From: Moniliella sp. 'wahieum'
Taxonomy: Eukaryota
NCBI GenBank assembly: GCA_003971905.1
Contig: RSEE01000014.1
Coordinates: 496,001 to 560,000, forward strand
Reading direction: 5' to 3'
DNA length: 64,000 nt
The number at the start of each line of letters is the position of its first letter. Position 1 is the first letter of the stretch. The notes under the pieces were generated by a model. The model made no database searches, was not told the origin of the DNA, and was given only the letters and a program-made list of their open reading frames with translations. The translations under genes were made by a program, and so were the position numbers. Below, one piece after another: positions 26,118-39,801 of this stretch.

Positions 26118-27884
26118 ATGGGCGACCTCTACACCGAGCTCACCCAGTCGGCCTCGACCGACATCGGCGTGCTGCCTGTGTCCGCTACGATGCTGCTCTG
26201 CCGGCCTGGGCCGCCTGGGTGCGCTCCCGCCTCCTCGCCCGTCTGGCGGGCGAAAGCGCATGGCTTGCCGCCCACCAGCGTTCCATGCGCGCGCGCCTGG
26301 GCCGCAAGGCGACATCTTCTTTGTCTACACCTCCCTCCTCGGCACCCACAGTTTCTTCCTCATTTCCTCCCGCTCACCTTCTGGCTCGGCGCGCCTTACA
26401 ACGGCCGCGGCCTGGTGGCTGTCACCGCGCTTGGGTGCTGGCTTGCGTCCTGGGTCAAAGACCGCCTCTGTCTCCCACGCCCCTACGCCCCGCCTGTGCG
26501 CCGGCTTGCTCTCGGCACCCACCACCACGAGTTGGTTTCCCCTCCACCCACACTGCCAATTGTGTGGCCATGGCCTTGTACGGCTGGTTCCTCCTTCGTG
26601 ATCGCATCCACGCCGCCTTGCAGCCCGACTCTGTCCTCCCCATTGTCCCTGCGTTTATCCAGCCTGTGCTTGGAGTTGCGCTTTTGCTGTACTCCTTGAG
26701 CGTCAGCTACGGTCGTCTGTACGCTGGAATGCACAGCTTGATGGATGTGATCGGTGGAGCAGTGGTGGCTGTGTTGGTGGTTGTGCTGCAGCGGGTTGGC
26801 CAGCCCTGGCTCGAGACGCAGCTGCTGAATCCCTCCTTGGCTGTTCCCATTCTCCTCAACGGGCTTACCCTCTTGCTCATCTCGCTACATCCCCAGCCGG
26901 TGGATGATTGTCCCTGCTTTGAAGATGCAGTCGCTTTATGGCCGTTCTGGCAGGGGTCAACACAGGACGATGGTTTGGCCTTCGCGCGGGCTGGCTTGCC
27001 TTGAATGACGACCCGCTTTTGATGCGCAGCAAGATGGATCTCTTTGAGCCGCGTACCAATTCTCGTCTACGTGGGGGGATAGTATGGTGGCGCGTATGAT
27101 TGAATACGCTCTTGATCTGCCGCGTCACTTGTTCAACCCCCTTCTGGGTGTCTCTTCTCAACTTGGGGAGCCTTGGGCCGAACGAGCGTATACGCTGGTC
27201 CCCATCCTCATCTTCCTGTTGGGCACCCTACACCTGTTGGTGGTACGTCTGGTCGTCAAATCCCTCGCCCGAGCGATCCTGCCTCCACTCTTCCACCGCG
27301 CTCAGAAAGCTACCCATGGTCTCATCGTCTTGCACCGCCGCCGTTACTACGTCCCGGCGCGCGAGTACGGAGGTATGGTGCCCCCCCAACCCCTGAGCCC
27401 TACCCCGTCGATTATGTTGGACGAATTCGAATGGCGTGCGCCGACACCGGTCCCTCCCACCAGTCCTCCTATGGACTCAGTCACGCCTTCTCCCACCCCA
27501 TCTCCCCCACGCTTCTCTCTCTCTCCCCTCGCGCCCAAGGGCACGACTGAGGCCCAGGCCGAAGGCGCTGAGGGCTTGCGCAAACGACACCCCAGTCCCC
27601 CCGCAGTACTGCGGGGTGCGAGCGACAATGCGGGTGCCGAACCTGAGCTCGAACCCAAGCTCGACTCGGAACAACCTACTGTGCCACACTACGATGTCGA
27701 TGGTACGTATCTATCCATCACGGCTTCCTGCTTCCTGCTTGATGGCACAATTGGAGACTGATACTGACTTGTCGGGAATGGACTAGTGTTGATCAAGTAC
27801 CTTACCTATGTCTCTATTGGCTTTCATGCCGCCATGGTGGTTCCCGTGCTTTCTCAGCGCTTTGGATGGCTACCACTGCCCTAG
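26118..27884 (+). CDS. LCB3: PAP2-family sphingoid base-1-phosphate phosphatase (LCB3/YSR3-like)
   Basis: SLLGTHSFF, KDRLCLPRP, GFPSTHTAN, YGRLYAGMHS, HPQPVDDCPCFEDAV and HYDVD|VLIKY. Intron about 27703-27786. Frameshifts present. Confidence 0.88.
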
Positions 27885-29443
27885 CGGCATCGCCTCGGAC
27901 ACTAGCTACCGGACACTCATGCATACTGCTGTCATCGATCATCGTGAGGATGTGGGGACGCGCTCGGTAGTGTTTGTAGCAGCACCAGTAGACCTGCAGC
28001 GCTCCTGGCCTCTGATTTCTGGCTTCTGCTACTGCTATTAGCGGTGGAGGCTCCGCGGAACTCAATTAGCTTCTGTGGCTTGCCGGCCATGGGTCTGTGA
28101 AAGAATCGGGCTGCCAGAGAGCAATGCACGTTGCAGTATAATGATCGATGGGTGAGGCCGAGTAGCGGTGGATCACCGGTGATCGCGCAGAGCCGAAACC
28201 GCAGTTGTCCATCTAAGCTGCGAGGACAGCTACGCTTTCCTGGCCATTATTAGGGCGAGATATGCACCTGTGCATGGCGGATGCTGCCACTTACGCCTTA
28301 CGGGCGACGGTGGGTGTTCGAGCCCATCCTCCCGCCTTGTCTCCCTTGCCTGGGTTAGGGCTACGTCAAGAGTAGGCTGTCGTGTCTGAACGATGAGCAA
28401 ACCTGCGCTCCGTTGGGCCCAAACGAAGCATATATGTTCCAACTAGGAGACCGAAAGCCCCTTTCGTATGGCTGAGGCAGGAGATCCATGCGTGGGTTTA
28501 TGCAAATTTTATCCTACTTCAATTATTTGGTCTTTGGCCTCGAACGCAAATGTGCTAAGTTGAGCTGCGGGGAGACTGGACGTTCAGTTTCTCGATCTGA
28601 GCGTCTCGTTCTTGTAGTGAGATTATCTCCTCGCGCCTTTTTTCTCATTTCTCTGTGGCTGAGAACCGAGAACCTTCCCTTAATGTTGGGCTTTTCTGGC
28701 TTTGACTGTTCCCGTTCCTGCTTGAGTGTAGAAACATTTCCTTACTTGTTTGTGCTCCTTTCTCCTTTTTTCGGCGGTCTATTTTCTTTATAGATCCTGC
28801 CTGTATGACCCCTGGTACATGTTCCTTTCCACCTAGCGGGTCATTTCTCGTCTTCTTCGTCCACATCCTAATCATCCCTTCCATTCTCGTCTTTCGTCCT
28901 TGCACAACATCCCTTGTGATCGGCGGCCGATGGTAGCAGGCACAGTCCGAAACATGGGAGGTACTCAAAATCTGCATGAGAAGGGGAGGGAGAACAATAA
29001 GACACAATGAGATGCAAGTATGGAAGTAAAGGGAGACAGGTAGGTGCTGGCGCAGCCAGATGGCCAGTACGAGAAGGGCTCATAGTTCACAAGCTGAGCT
29101 CTGGCCTCAGGGATGGTTGTGATGAGCCGTTCATCAAGCAGTCCATGAGCGGCTATGGTGAATCCAATCTTTAGGACGAGCCAATCAAACAGGCGATCGG
29201 GGGAAGAAGATTCTAGGTGGACGTCCAACGTTCAACGACGTATGTGGAGGTTGGCATTGAGGAGGAGTAAAAGTCAAGATGAAATGTAGGCTGAGATGAG
29301 GGAAAGGGTAACTGAGTACTGACTGACTCCTGCAGCAGCTCGATTTCGGCTGCTACAGCTCCCCATCCCCCCCTACAAAACTCAAGGGGCGGAACGTCGA
29401 GCGCTGACCTCAGCCAGCAATTTCAGTTCTAGGCTCGGTTGCC

Positions 29444-32400
29444 CTAGGCTCCCTTGATGACAAACCCGACCAGGTAATAGAGCTGGCCACAGAACTTGAA
29501 CGCTGCCAAGCCTGCAACCGACCAGAGCAACACGCCCATGTACGTTAACTGCACCTTCGTCCCACCAACGTTGATGATGCAGACCGCGAGAGCAATGTTG
29601 AGGATGAGCCAGGCGAGGAGCACGTTGGTTCGGACAGCGGCATAGTAGTCCTTTTGCCGAGCCTCGTGGTCGACCTTGGGCGTCTCGGGGGGCGGCTGGG
29701 AACGCAAGACAGTACAAGCATCCTCGTACAATTCGTCAAGGTCCTTGGGATCTGTTGGAACGGCCACTTCCACTGTGCCTCCGGCGCTGCCCTTGACCAC
29801 ACCCAAGTCTGTTGCAACAGAGTCGGAGCCCTTGGTGCCCCAACTAAAAGAGAAATGGGAGGTTAGAGCCGCCACACAGAAAAGGGGGGGTAAGGAAGAG
29901 ATAGGTAACGCACCTCACATCATGAGTGTTGGAGAAAGCATACACGTTGATCACGTTGATCATCGACGGCGCCATAAGGACATACTGAACCAAGGAGGTG
30001 AACATATGGAACGGGTCAAGCCACAGCAGGCTGGCCAAGAGCCAAATACCGTAAGTAGATGAGAAGGAAACGACCACGTCGATAAACACCATGCTGGACC
30101 CTAAGGACTTGTGCTCCTTATTCAGCTTGACAATGCTCAGAATGGCCAACGCAATGGCAGCAGCTGTCATGTAGGCAGTTAGAACCGCAAAGACAATCAT
30201 AGCGCCCATGTAGGCCCACTTATTGCCCCCGGCCGGTTACCAAGGGACAAGATGAAGCAGAACAGGAGCACGGCGAGGTACACGTAGGTGAGTGATGTTG
30301 GGTACCTTCAATCCATGCACCTCCTCGCTCACCGCCCGCGTGAGGATCCAGAAGGCAATGAAAAATTGGAGAGGGAAAGAAAGAGAAGAAGAGCGTAATG
30401 GCCTGGTAAATCATCTCAATGTGGAGGAAGAACTTGCGCCAGAAAGAGTGGGCCGAGCGATAGATGTAGTAAAACTTGACGATCGAGTGGAGACTGGCGA
30501 AGAAGGAACCGTTGAGCCAGCGACGCCGCTGGCCAATCAGTTCCGCGACGCTGTCAGGCACATCCGTCACGCCCTGGGCAGTCTTGACATAGTGCAGGAT
30601 CCATTGTGAGCCCCGTTTGGCGACTAGTTCCCAACACAAGATACGATCCTCCGCCAAGTACATGTTGCTTGTGAAAATGTCGGCATCGGCGTCGCCCCCA
30701 TGCAATGTTTCGCCTTTGAAGTACTCCTTCAGCGGGCCCGCACCTGTCTCGTCGTTTTGCAGGGCCACATACCGATAGGCGGAAAAGGCGCCCGGAAGGA
30801 CTGTAATGTACCCGAAAGCAGATTCGAGCGGCTTATCCAGGATGTTGCTCATCTTGTACTCTGGTTGTGAAGAGTCGTTAGAATGGTGCAAAGGTAGGAA
30901 GAGGAATGACCGACGTACCAAAGTTCTGAGTTCCTACCAAGGGATTGAGCAAAGCACTCCAATATTTGCCCTTGAGAGCAACAATCTCTCCGCAAGCTCC
31001 CCCCACATTCTTGTTCACATCGAACGCTTTCCAAAGGTGATAGATGGAACGGCTGCGAGGCATGGTTCCCACATCAATCAAAATGCATACACTGGGCTCA
31101 AGCACGCGGCCGAATGCGTTGAAGAACCAGCGATGTGAATTGATCTTCTTCTGGTTGCGCTCCTTGAGGCAGAAGATGATCTGGACGGGGACGATTTTGT
31201 TCTCGGAGGTCCTAAAGCGAAGCTTCTCATCGATCGAAACCTGGGTGGTGTACTCGTAAATATGAGCAGTGACAGGCTTGCCGTTGACCACGTTCTTGGC
31301 TACGCCTTCTTGATACACCCCCATGGCAGCCAAGACAGCGAGGGTGCGCGAATTGATTTTCTTTCGGCCATCGCTGACAATGCAGACCACCACCTTCTTC
31401 CATCCGCCGGACCCCATGTCTTAGAATTCTACGGCTGCACAGATGCGCAATGTTCTCCATCACGTGGTGCATGGTGCGCGTAAAGAGCACCTCGTCCTCG
31501 TTGTACATGGTGAGGCAGATGAAAATTCCGTCTTACGGGCAGGCTCGTACCGATTGGCGCAATTCGTACAACTCATTGGAAAAGTTGTCCGGCTCGCAGG
31601 TGGCGGCTGTATAGCGCATGCGAGTAAACTCTGCTGCCTTATCATCGGCACACCGGGCCAGAAGCTTGGTGGGCACGCGCAGTCAAGGACCAGATTTCCC
31701 TGGAACAGATCGACCTTGCGCATCGTCTTGTACCGTCGCGGCACCCTTGCGGATGCGGCCATAGCGGATACCGCCGGTCTCCTCTCCCTCTTCCATAGCC
31801 ACCGGGTTGTACGCGCCAGGTACTTGGGGACCTTCCTCTTCATCTTCCTCCTCTTCCTCCTCTTCTCAGAAGGTGTTGAAGCACGCCCGCCCATGGGGTA
31901 CTGGTGATACTGGTCATCATAGGGTTGATTCAGGCTCTGGCGGTCGGCTAGCGTATGAAGGTCATCGTCACCATAAGGCTTGGAATACGCCTCATCACCG
32001 CCATAATCGTACTGGAGCGGGTCGTGGATAGATTTGGGCGAGGGGGGCATAGGAGAGGTGCCGAGGCAGGCTGGGTGGCCGGAGGAGCAGTATTATCGTA
32101 AGCATGGGTTTGGTACTGAGCTGCGTCGTACGGCTGGGCAAAAGGGTCGTCGTAGCTGTAGCTGGACACGGGCCTGGGGGGCTCAGCGTCATAGGGATTA
32201 TTCAGCTGGACAGAGGGGGTGGAGTACGGGGCGACGGGAGCGACGGGAGCGACGGGAGCTGTTGGGGCTGGTGCGGGGGGCTGTGGAGTGGCCGGGGCCG
32301 GGAGGGGGGTGTAGGGGGGCTGGTAGGGGGCATAGGCCGCTGGGGTGGGAGCCGGCGGGACAGGGGTGGGAGCCAGGAAATGCCGGCCGTGGCGGCGGCG

Positions 32401-32593
32401 GAGCGTAGGCGTGGAGGATGCCGAGTGGCTGGCTCGATGCGGCGCCGGCGGGGAGCGGTGCTACGGTGCCGGCGCCGGAGACCGGTGGGCGGGGGCCGGG
32501 CAGGCGTGAAGGATGCGGGTTCTGGCTCCGCCCCGGGCGCATCGGCGAGCGGGGGGTGGGCAAGCGCGGGCCCGTGCGGCCGTAGTGGGACAT
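29444..32593 (-). CDS. CHS: Chitin synthase (division 1, class I/II-like)
   Basis: [75 protein letters not shown]. Introns 30861-30918 and 29844-29913. The Pro-rich N-terminus from MSHYG at 32593 is inferred. Confidence 0.93.
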
Positions 32594-32610
32594 GGGAGGG
32601 GATGGGGGGA

Positions 32611-32633
32611 TGGTGGTGGTGGTGGTGGTGGTG
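32611..32633. repeat. (TGG)n microsatellite just 5' of the chitin synthase start
   Basis: tggtggtggtggtggtggtgg. Confidence 0.85.
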
Positions 32634-35600
32634 TGGCGGGGGCGCCAGTGCCGGTGGTGGCCGGTGCAGAGGAGGGCGATGGTTCCGAGATCTGGATGCA
32701 GGATACCGGATACGACGCGCAGCCAGGAGGCATCCAAGGCACCTGGGCGCACCGCACGGGAGCGCACCGCCCCACCGAAGCCGCTGCTTCTCCGCAGCCA
32801 AGGCGAGTGCAGCGCCGTGCTGGCTGCGGCGGCCGTGCGCATGCATGCGGCATGGCGCCAGTGTTCCCGTGGTTGGCTGCTCCAGGTGGAGCAGCCGGAG
32901 AGAGGGGGAGACGCTGCGAGGCGCCCCGCCAACCCCGCCGGCCGTTCGCTTCAAATTCAAATTTCAGTCGGGCGGTCCGGCGCGGCGACATGCCGTAATG
33001 GCAGCGCCTGCCCCAACGCGGTGGGCGGCGCACAGACCAGCACTGCTTCCGCCATGCTGCTTCCACCGGCTACCTGTCGCTATCGGTTGCGATGCCACAC
33101 ATGTGCTGCCGAAGGTGAAGAAGGCATGCCTTGGTCAGCGCTGAGGCTCAGTCCCACCCCCCAACCTCCCACTCTCTGCTTCTGCACACACCCAATTCGC
33201 TTCAAATTCCCTCATTCTGGTTTCGCGAGGTGTTTTTGGCAAATGCAACGACCTGGCCACGGATGCTGCCGATTCGCACACTCGATGAGAGCGCCAAATC
33301 AATATTGGCGCAGCCGGCTTTTTGTCTGGCAGGTACAACTGCGATACCTGACGGATATTGCCGAAGAACAGCCAGTTTCTCCTCCTCCACATGGTCCCGA
33401 ACGTAGGTGTTGCAGAGGGAGTGGCTACGTCGCCAGCAGCCAAGCATTGTCGGCCAAAGCTCGACGGTTCCTCTGGCCACCACAACATACTCTCGGCATT
33501 ACATATGCTAGTATAGGCCTCTTTGCCGCAGCTTCAATTACATTGGTATCTCGCTGATGGCAGGCTGCCTGGTCAGAGAGAACATTACATTTCCCGAGTA
33601 ACAAAGCCACAGGAGGTGCTCCAAAACCACCGGCAAAAGCTGTAACCCACAATGGAGATACCATGAATACTAGTCCCCGATGATAATCTTCTTCAGCCAT
33701 AGAGGCCGACGGAAGATGCTTCGTCCTCTTCAGAGCATCTCTCACCTGTGGACACAGTATGCCACTCGCCAGCTCCATACAGGCCCAAACAGGATGTCCT
33801 GCCCTCCCTTGACGTTGTACTTTTCCCCTGTGCAATCATAATTTGTGCTTTTGCGTTGGGAAGTTGTATTCCCCCCTACCCCAGATGGTGTTGTCATGGA
33901 GGGGGCCCGAGGTGGGACCCCCCCTATAGTTTAGAGGTATAAACCTTTGGGCAGGTCAATCAGTGTCTCGTACGTTAGGTCTGCTCCAGATCCTGGTTGA
34001 ACCGAGCGGGTGTAGAGGCGAGGAGAGACCCTCTAGTTTGGGTGGCTGCCTGCGTTCAAATGCCGCTGTCCAGACCCTCCGAGGTAGGAGCCGCGTACGT
34101 AGGTCGTTAGACCAGCTGAAGGGGCTAGGAGCTCCGAAGTTACGCTATACCTCGCAGCGTTACCACACTGGGTACACTGTAGTAGGCGGGAACAGACAGA
34201 GCCTAAAGCAGAGCAAGCGCTACTGTGAGAGAACCGCAGCGTGGTGTACTCGACGTAAGTCGTAACTTCGTAAGCGAAAGGTGGTATAACGTGGAAGGGC
34301 TAGAGAGGAACTGGGTATCGGGAGACCAAAGACAGGTGACAGGATGGTCGACAAGGACCCGCAGCGAGCAAGCCTCTGAAACATGGCTGCTATATGCACA
34401 GAAAAGGAACCAGGTCTCAGGTGCCTCAGATGCATGACAGGTATAGACAGAATGCGGGGCACTTTCCAGAGAGGTAAATACAGTATTAATGCACAACCCT
34501 TGCTCTCCAGACGCTCACGCCTGCGCGTATTCGGCCCCACCTGATGCTGCGTAGTCGGGCGCAGCAGGAAGGGTTCTGGCAAGACTGGACGCAATGGGCA
34601 CAAACAACGTACCGCTCGATGAGCCCATGCCACCACGGCGGGCCGCGGATCAGTGATATCCGCACAGCATATAATGGATAAGTAGTGTCGTCTGTCTCTC
34701 TCTCGCTAGTCTAACAGGACTGACGTGTTGAGCGCTGAGCTGAAATATCTACGACATGCGGGGCTCAACGAACGGATAACCGGAGCGCACTGTAACAGGT
34801 GTGGGCCGTACGATAATGAAAGAGCCTGTATCAGAACAACCATATCATTTTACCTCTCGAATTGGAGGAGCTGGAAAGAGCGATTCTCCTCCCTCTGAAA
34901 TTGAGCTCCACATTCCCTGTAGCGGCAGTGGAACAGCTCACACACTGTTGGAAGCAAGGACAAGAACCCCGCAAAAGTGGACCAATAATGACATAATGAC
35001 AGATCACGCCCACATGATAAGCTTCATTGACTGTCTATATCCCCCGATGCCTCTCTCCCCCATCATCACGCACTTTCTGTTTCCTCTGTACGTTCATGGT
35101 ATGTAAGACACCTGCCCATCAAAAGCCTGAATGAATACCACAGGGCAACACGAATGAGAGAGGGGACGCATGGCACACCCAAGACCCGTTTTAACCCCTC
35201 TATATAACCGTAAGATTCATGAGTGACAAACCATGAGTATACTATGACACCAAAAAGGCTACTAAAAAAGACATTGATGGCCATCTAATTTGATATAGCC
35301 GAACGCGAACTGCAGCAAATGCGCGATGAGGGATATAGGCGAAGCATTTTCCCCATACCTCTCTGCGTTTACTATAATGCTCGCCACAATACTATAAAAG
35401 ACAGGATCAATGAAGAGGGGATCATCAGTGTATATCCTCATTAATACGCTCTGGATAGTAAAACGAAAGGGGAGAGGAACAAAAGGAGCCAGCATGTGCA
35501 AGCCCGTTCTGGTGTGGGAGCAACATCGCCAGAACAAAAAAATCGAAAGAACGTAAATGAGAGACATGTAAGGACACCAGCATCAGATACGAGAGTCCTG

Positions 35601-35635
35601 CGCTCGATCTCCCGAGAACCCAAATGGTGGGCCAT

Positions 35636-37574
35636 TTAGAGGTTCTTCCAAGCCTGGAAGAGGGAGTACCCAGACCGGAGGCCGGTCCCAGCCCTTCTTC
35701 GCGGGAAGTAGAGAGTGTCGTCCTCGCCGCACCCACCAGTCTTGCCCGTGGTAAGGTCGGTCAGAGCCGAAGGGTTGCTGTACAGCTTGGAGTGGAACCA
35801 GCCCACGCGGCCCTTGCCGTTTTGCTCGCGGTAGTTGTTGAGCAGGGCAATGTGGGCGGCAACAATCGGAGCCGCAGCGCTGGTACCGCCAACGGTCGAG
35901 TCTTGACCAGAGACGGTGATCTGAACGTTGAGGCCAAGGGCAGCCAAATCGGGGAAGGCGCGGCCGTTGGGGTTGAACTTGCCACTGTCCAGGTTGCCAA
36001 TAGTGCTCAAGTACGCCTTGACTTGGCTCGCCTGTACGAAGGAGCGTCAAAGATGTTGGAGAAACCAGCTCCGCTGTGTTCATCCGTGTCAGAAGAAACC
36101 ATGGCATAGCGTCAAGAAAATGGGAAATAATGGGAACGTACCTCCAGAAGCCGCTCTGGGTGCTTCCATCCACGGGCACCTCCGGGCTCGTGTTCTGGGT
36201 TGCACCAACCGAGATGTGTAGGGAGCAGACGGGAAGGTGGGGTTGAAGGAGGAGTCACAGGTCTCACCCGACGAAGCCTGTATTCGTTCAAGGAGAAAAT
36301 AGGATGGGTCAGTAACCAATCGGGTTGAGAGAATTGGTGCAGGAAATGTGGACGCTGGACTATCAAGGGAAGGAGACATTGAATAAAAGAACGAACCTGA
36401 TTTGAGTTGACACCGTTGTCACCCGAGGCAAGCACAACCGTCGTACCACCAGCGGTCAACTTCTGGGCAGCCGTGCAGAGCGAGTGAGCGTCGCCGTTGG
36501 AGAATTGGACTCGTCGTCGCCGTACGAAATGGTGATCACACCGGCTTGGTGCTAACGGAGTAAGAAAATATAGGATAAAGTCAGTTTTATTCGAACAAAT
36601 AACACAAGGAATGGGGCAGAGGAAAACAGCACTCACCTCTGGCCAAGAACGTAGTCAAAGCTGTCAACGAAGAAGTCGTCGTTGGAAGGGTTTGCGCTCC
36701 CGTAAGAAAGGAATGTGGTGGCAAGCGGGGCGCTAATACCGCTAACCATCTCAACATCGAGCATTGACTCGGTACCCGGGTTGCTGGGGTCATTGGTTCC
36801 ACCACCCGCAGTCTCGATGTTGACCTTGTACGAACCTTGGTTGGTTTGGGACTGCATAAACGAGCTGAGGTCGCTCTGCGAAACGTACTGGCCAATGTAG
36901 CCATAACCAATGTGTCAACAGTCCCACTTTTGGGGGTGGGAGTGTAGCTATCCGAATTGTACTGGGACTTGATGCAGCTGATGGAGATCGCGTCGTCGTT
37001 GCAGCCACCGGCGCTTGCAGTACGCTCGATCATCTTCTGGGTCTGAACGGGGGCAGAGCGGCGGACGTTGTTGAACGAAGTGAAGGGGTGAACGTTGACA
37101 ACGGCATCTTGCAGTTCATCCGGGACAGTGTATTGACTGGTCCGCAAGATCTTGTTACCTGTACCGGATGAGTAAAGGTGGATAGGTTGGCGTTCCAGGC
37201 CGCGTTGGCCTCCTTAGCCGAGTGGGTGACAGTGATCTTGTCGCCCCACTTGTTGAGCTGCATCTTCTTCCCGCCAAACTTGGTCAGTGAGCCTTGACGG
37301 ACTGAATGTGGGCGTCCGAAGCACGAGTGTACCCCTGAAGTTCTTCATCAGAAAGCCACTGGCCATCCGACTCGGCAATCTCAATCATCTTGGCGTCCAG
37401 CGCCGCCTGACCAGCAGCCGAGAGCTGGACCGAGTAGGTTACCTCAGTGGAGGGGTCGACTGGGGTACCCACCGAGTAAACATGGGGAATTTGCTTGGGA
37501 GCAACAAGGCGCGCCTGCGAGCCGGCTGCAGCCGCAATCACGAGTAGAGAAGTGAGGAGGTTCTTGCTGAACAT
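35636..37574 (-). CDS. Secreted S53 (sedolisin/tripeptidyl-peptidase) protease with prodomain
   Basis: Signal peptide MFSKNLLTSLLVIAAAAG, YTVPDELQDAV, ESMLDVE, LASGDNG, GRAFPDLAA, VGGTSAAAP, GWD..SGLGTP. Several short introns and frameshifts. Confidence 0.88.
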
Positions 37575-39115
37575 GAGGAAGTTGTCCAAGGCGGGAGGGT
37601 GGGTGGATGGGATTCTGAATTGCTGGGGCCAGTGTGCATCCATTATACCCCTGTGACGGCCGCAATATGTTGATACCCATGTCATGATCATCCATGAGGA
37701 GAATGTGATTATCATCTGCCCCCAACCCCTTCTTTGTCGTTGTGGTCTGTGCACCTACTATCGCAGCCACTGGTGATTACGCAGCGAGAGGTGGGCAGGA
37801 TTCAAGGATGGCACAACCGAAGGCTATACCACGCGGATAGACGATAGTTAGATTGTCCGAGTGCACTTTGACACTAACCACCATATGATTAGGACGAAGA
37901 GAAGCGTGGGCGACGCGTAGCGCCGAATGCAAAACACAGCTATTAGGGCATGGGTGACATGAAGGTTAGTGGAGTCAGGCCTCAGGCTAAGAGGCCCAAA
38001 ACAAGGTTGCGAAAGCGCAGCCATGGCCATCGCGGTATGCAGTTCCATCCCCATCCTGCACCATATGGTGCATGCATACTACAGGATGACATGCTTGACA
38101 TGATGACATTCTGAGAGGCTTTGGTGCCCGATATCGTGACGATCGATGCCGATGGACCCCCCATTAATGCATGCGGCATATGTATTTCACAGCGTTAAAA
38201 GCGTGTATAAACACGTTCAAGGTGAGATGATCGATTAGTGTGGGAACGAGACGGCGTATTGAGACGCGGTGACCGTATGAATGAGGCGCGGTGCATGTGA
38301 TGTATGCTGCAGATGGCAGGTCCTCGCTGCGGAACAACGCGGCGGCCACCACACGGCTGTCCTGCCCAAGCGGAGAAGCACGGTGGGGTGTGGCGCTCGG
38401 GGACCGAGCAGGCCGAGCTGGCGAGTTGATCACGTTGATCATTGCTAGCACAAGGGCAGTGTCCTCCTTGAGGGGTGAACGATGATCATGCGGTGAACCA
38501 TGTGGCGCCTCTCAGATGCTCATGTGCTGACGCATCGTGTCATGTGGCCTCTAGTATACACTGTGCGATTCGCCTCCAGGCCCCATGTGCAACAACGCGC
38601 CAAGCCCTCTCCTTGGCTACCCGAGCATATGCTCCTGTCCTGTTTCTCCATATATCTCCTGCGCCCATCCCACACTCTATTACCCTTGGACGCCCCGCTG
38701 TTGCGTCACTCTCAAACTTCGACATCTCATCGATCATCATCGAAATAACGAGATGAATATACTTCTACAATAAGGTTGGAATGGCCGAAGCATACGGAGA
38801 ACTGAGAGGACGCATCGTTCGGAGTTCCAGCTATCAATAACTCGCTTCAAGCTCCAATCAGTCTCAGACTCTCTTGGAGATCATCTTATAGGTCTCAACA
38901 CTCACCCTCTTATCCATCGTCGATGATCGATGAGAGCACAAATGGCGTTCAGGTCTCCAACTCTCGCGGCCTAATCGATATCGATCACAATCCGGGGGTG
39001 TTGTGTGCCACACACACACACTTTCGCTAATAGATACAGCCATTGGGAACTTAATGAACTGCGCACAACACAGTAACAGACAACTGTTACATGTTACAGC
39101 CTCACGGATGCTGTT

Positions 39116-39162
39116 TCAAGCTTCAAGCTTCAAGCCTCAAGAGCTTCAAGCTTCAAGCTTCA
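39116..39162. repeat. (TCAAGCT)n array
   Basis: tcaagcttcaagcttcaagcctcaagagcttcaagcttcaagcttca. Confidence 0.9.
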
Positions 39163-39801
39163 TAGCCGCGAGCTTCAACATGTGGCTGGCACATACCAGC
39201 GCACGCCCAGCACCTGTGTCCATATGCTAAAGAGCCCGCGGTGGAACAAAGGGGCATATCACAGATCTGTGCTGCTGCTGCGTGTGCCCATACCTAAGAT
39301 CATGCCAGAGCTGAAGGCACCCTCCTTTTCATTTTAGCCTCCTTCACGACGTTCGCGGCGCGAACGCCGGTCAAGTCGCACGACCGAACCAAAGAGGGGT
39401 TAACCCGGTTAACCTATAACACACTGTACCAGACATAATTTACCCCTCTTGTTGGCGTTCTCTCTTGTGTAGTGAGCATGCTGCATTGGTAAACATCGCG
39501 CTGACCCAGGGATGTCATGCATGTCATGCACCATTCCGACAAGCATGCAGCATGGTTGAGCCTCTGATGACCCGCATGGGCGCACCTCTCTATACGACGA
39601 GCACGGGATATTACGAGCACTGAGTATTGAAGCGAGTAAACGAGCAAGTCAATTGGAAACTTGGATGTGTGGCTCCTTCGCTAGCGTATACAGGAAGCGG
39701 GAGAGATAGGGGTGAATGGTGTAGGACAGAGGGGGAATTCAATTGCTACCCGCCGGGGAAGCGTGCACTCAGGATGCTGCAAGATGGTTTGTGGGCCAAA
39801 G

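Noticed and set aside
33918..34012. tRNA-like 5' half (TAGTTTAGAGGTATAAAC)
   Set aside because: A D-arm mimic only; there is no valid T-arm or matching acceptor strand. tRNAscan-SE would settle it.
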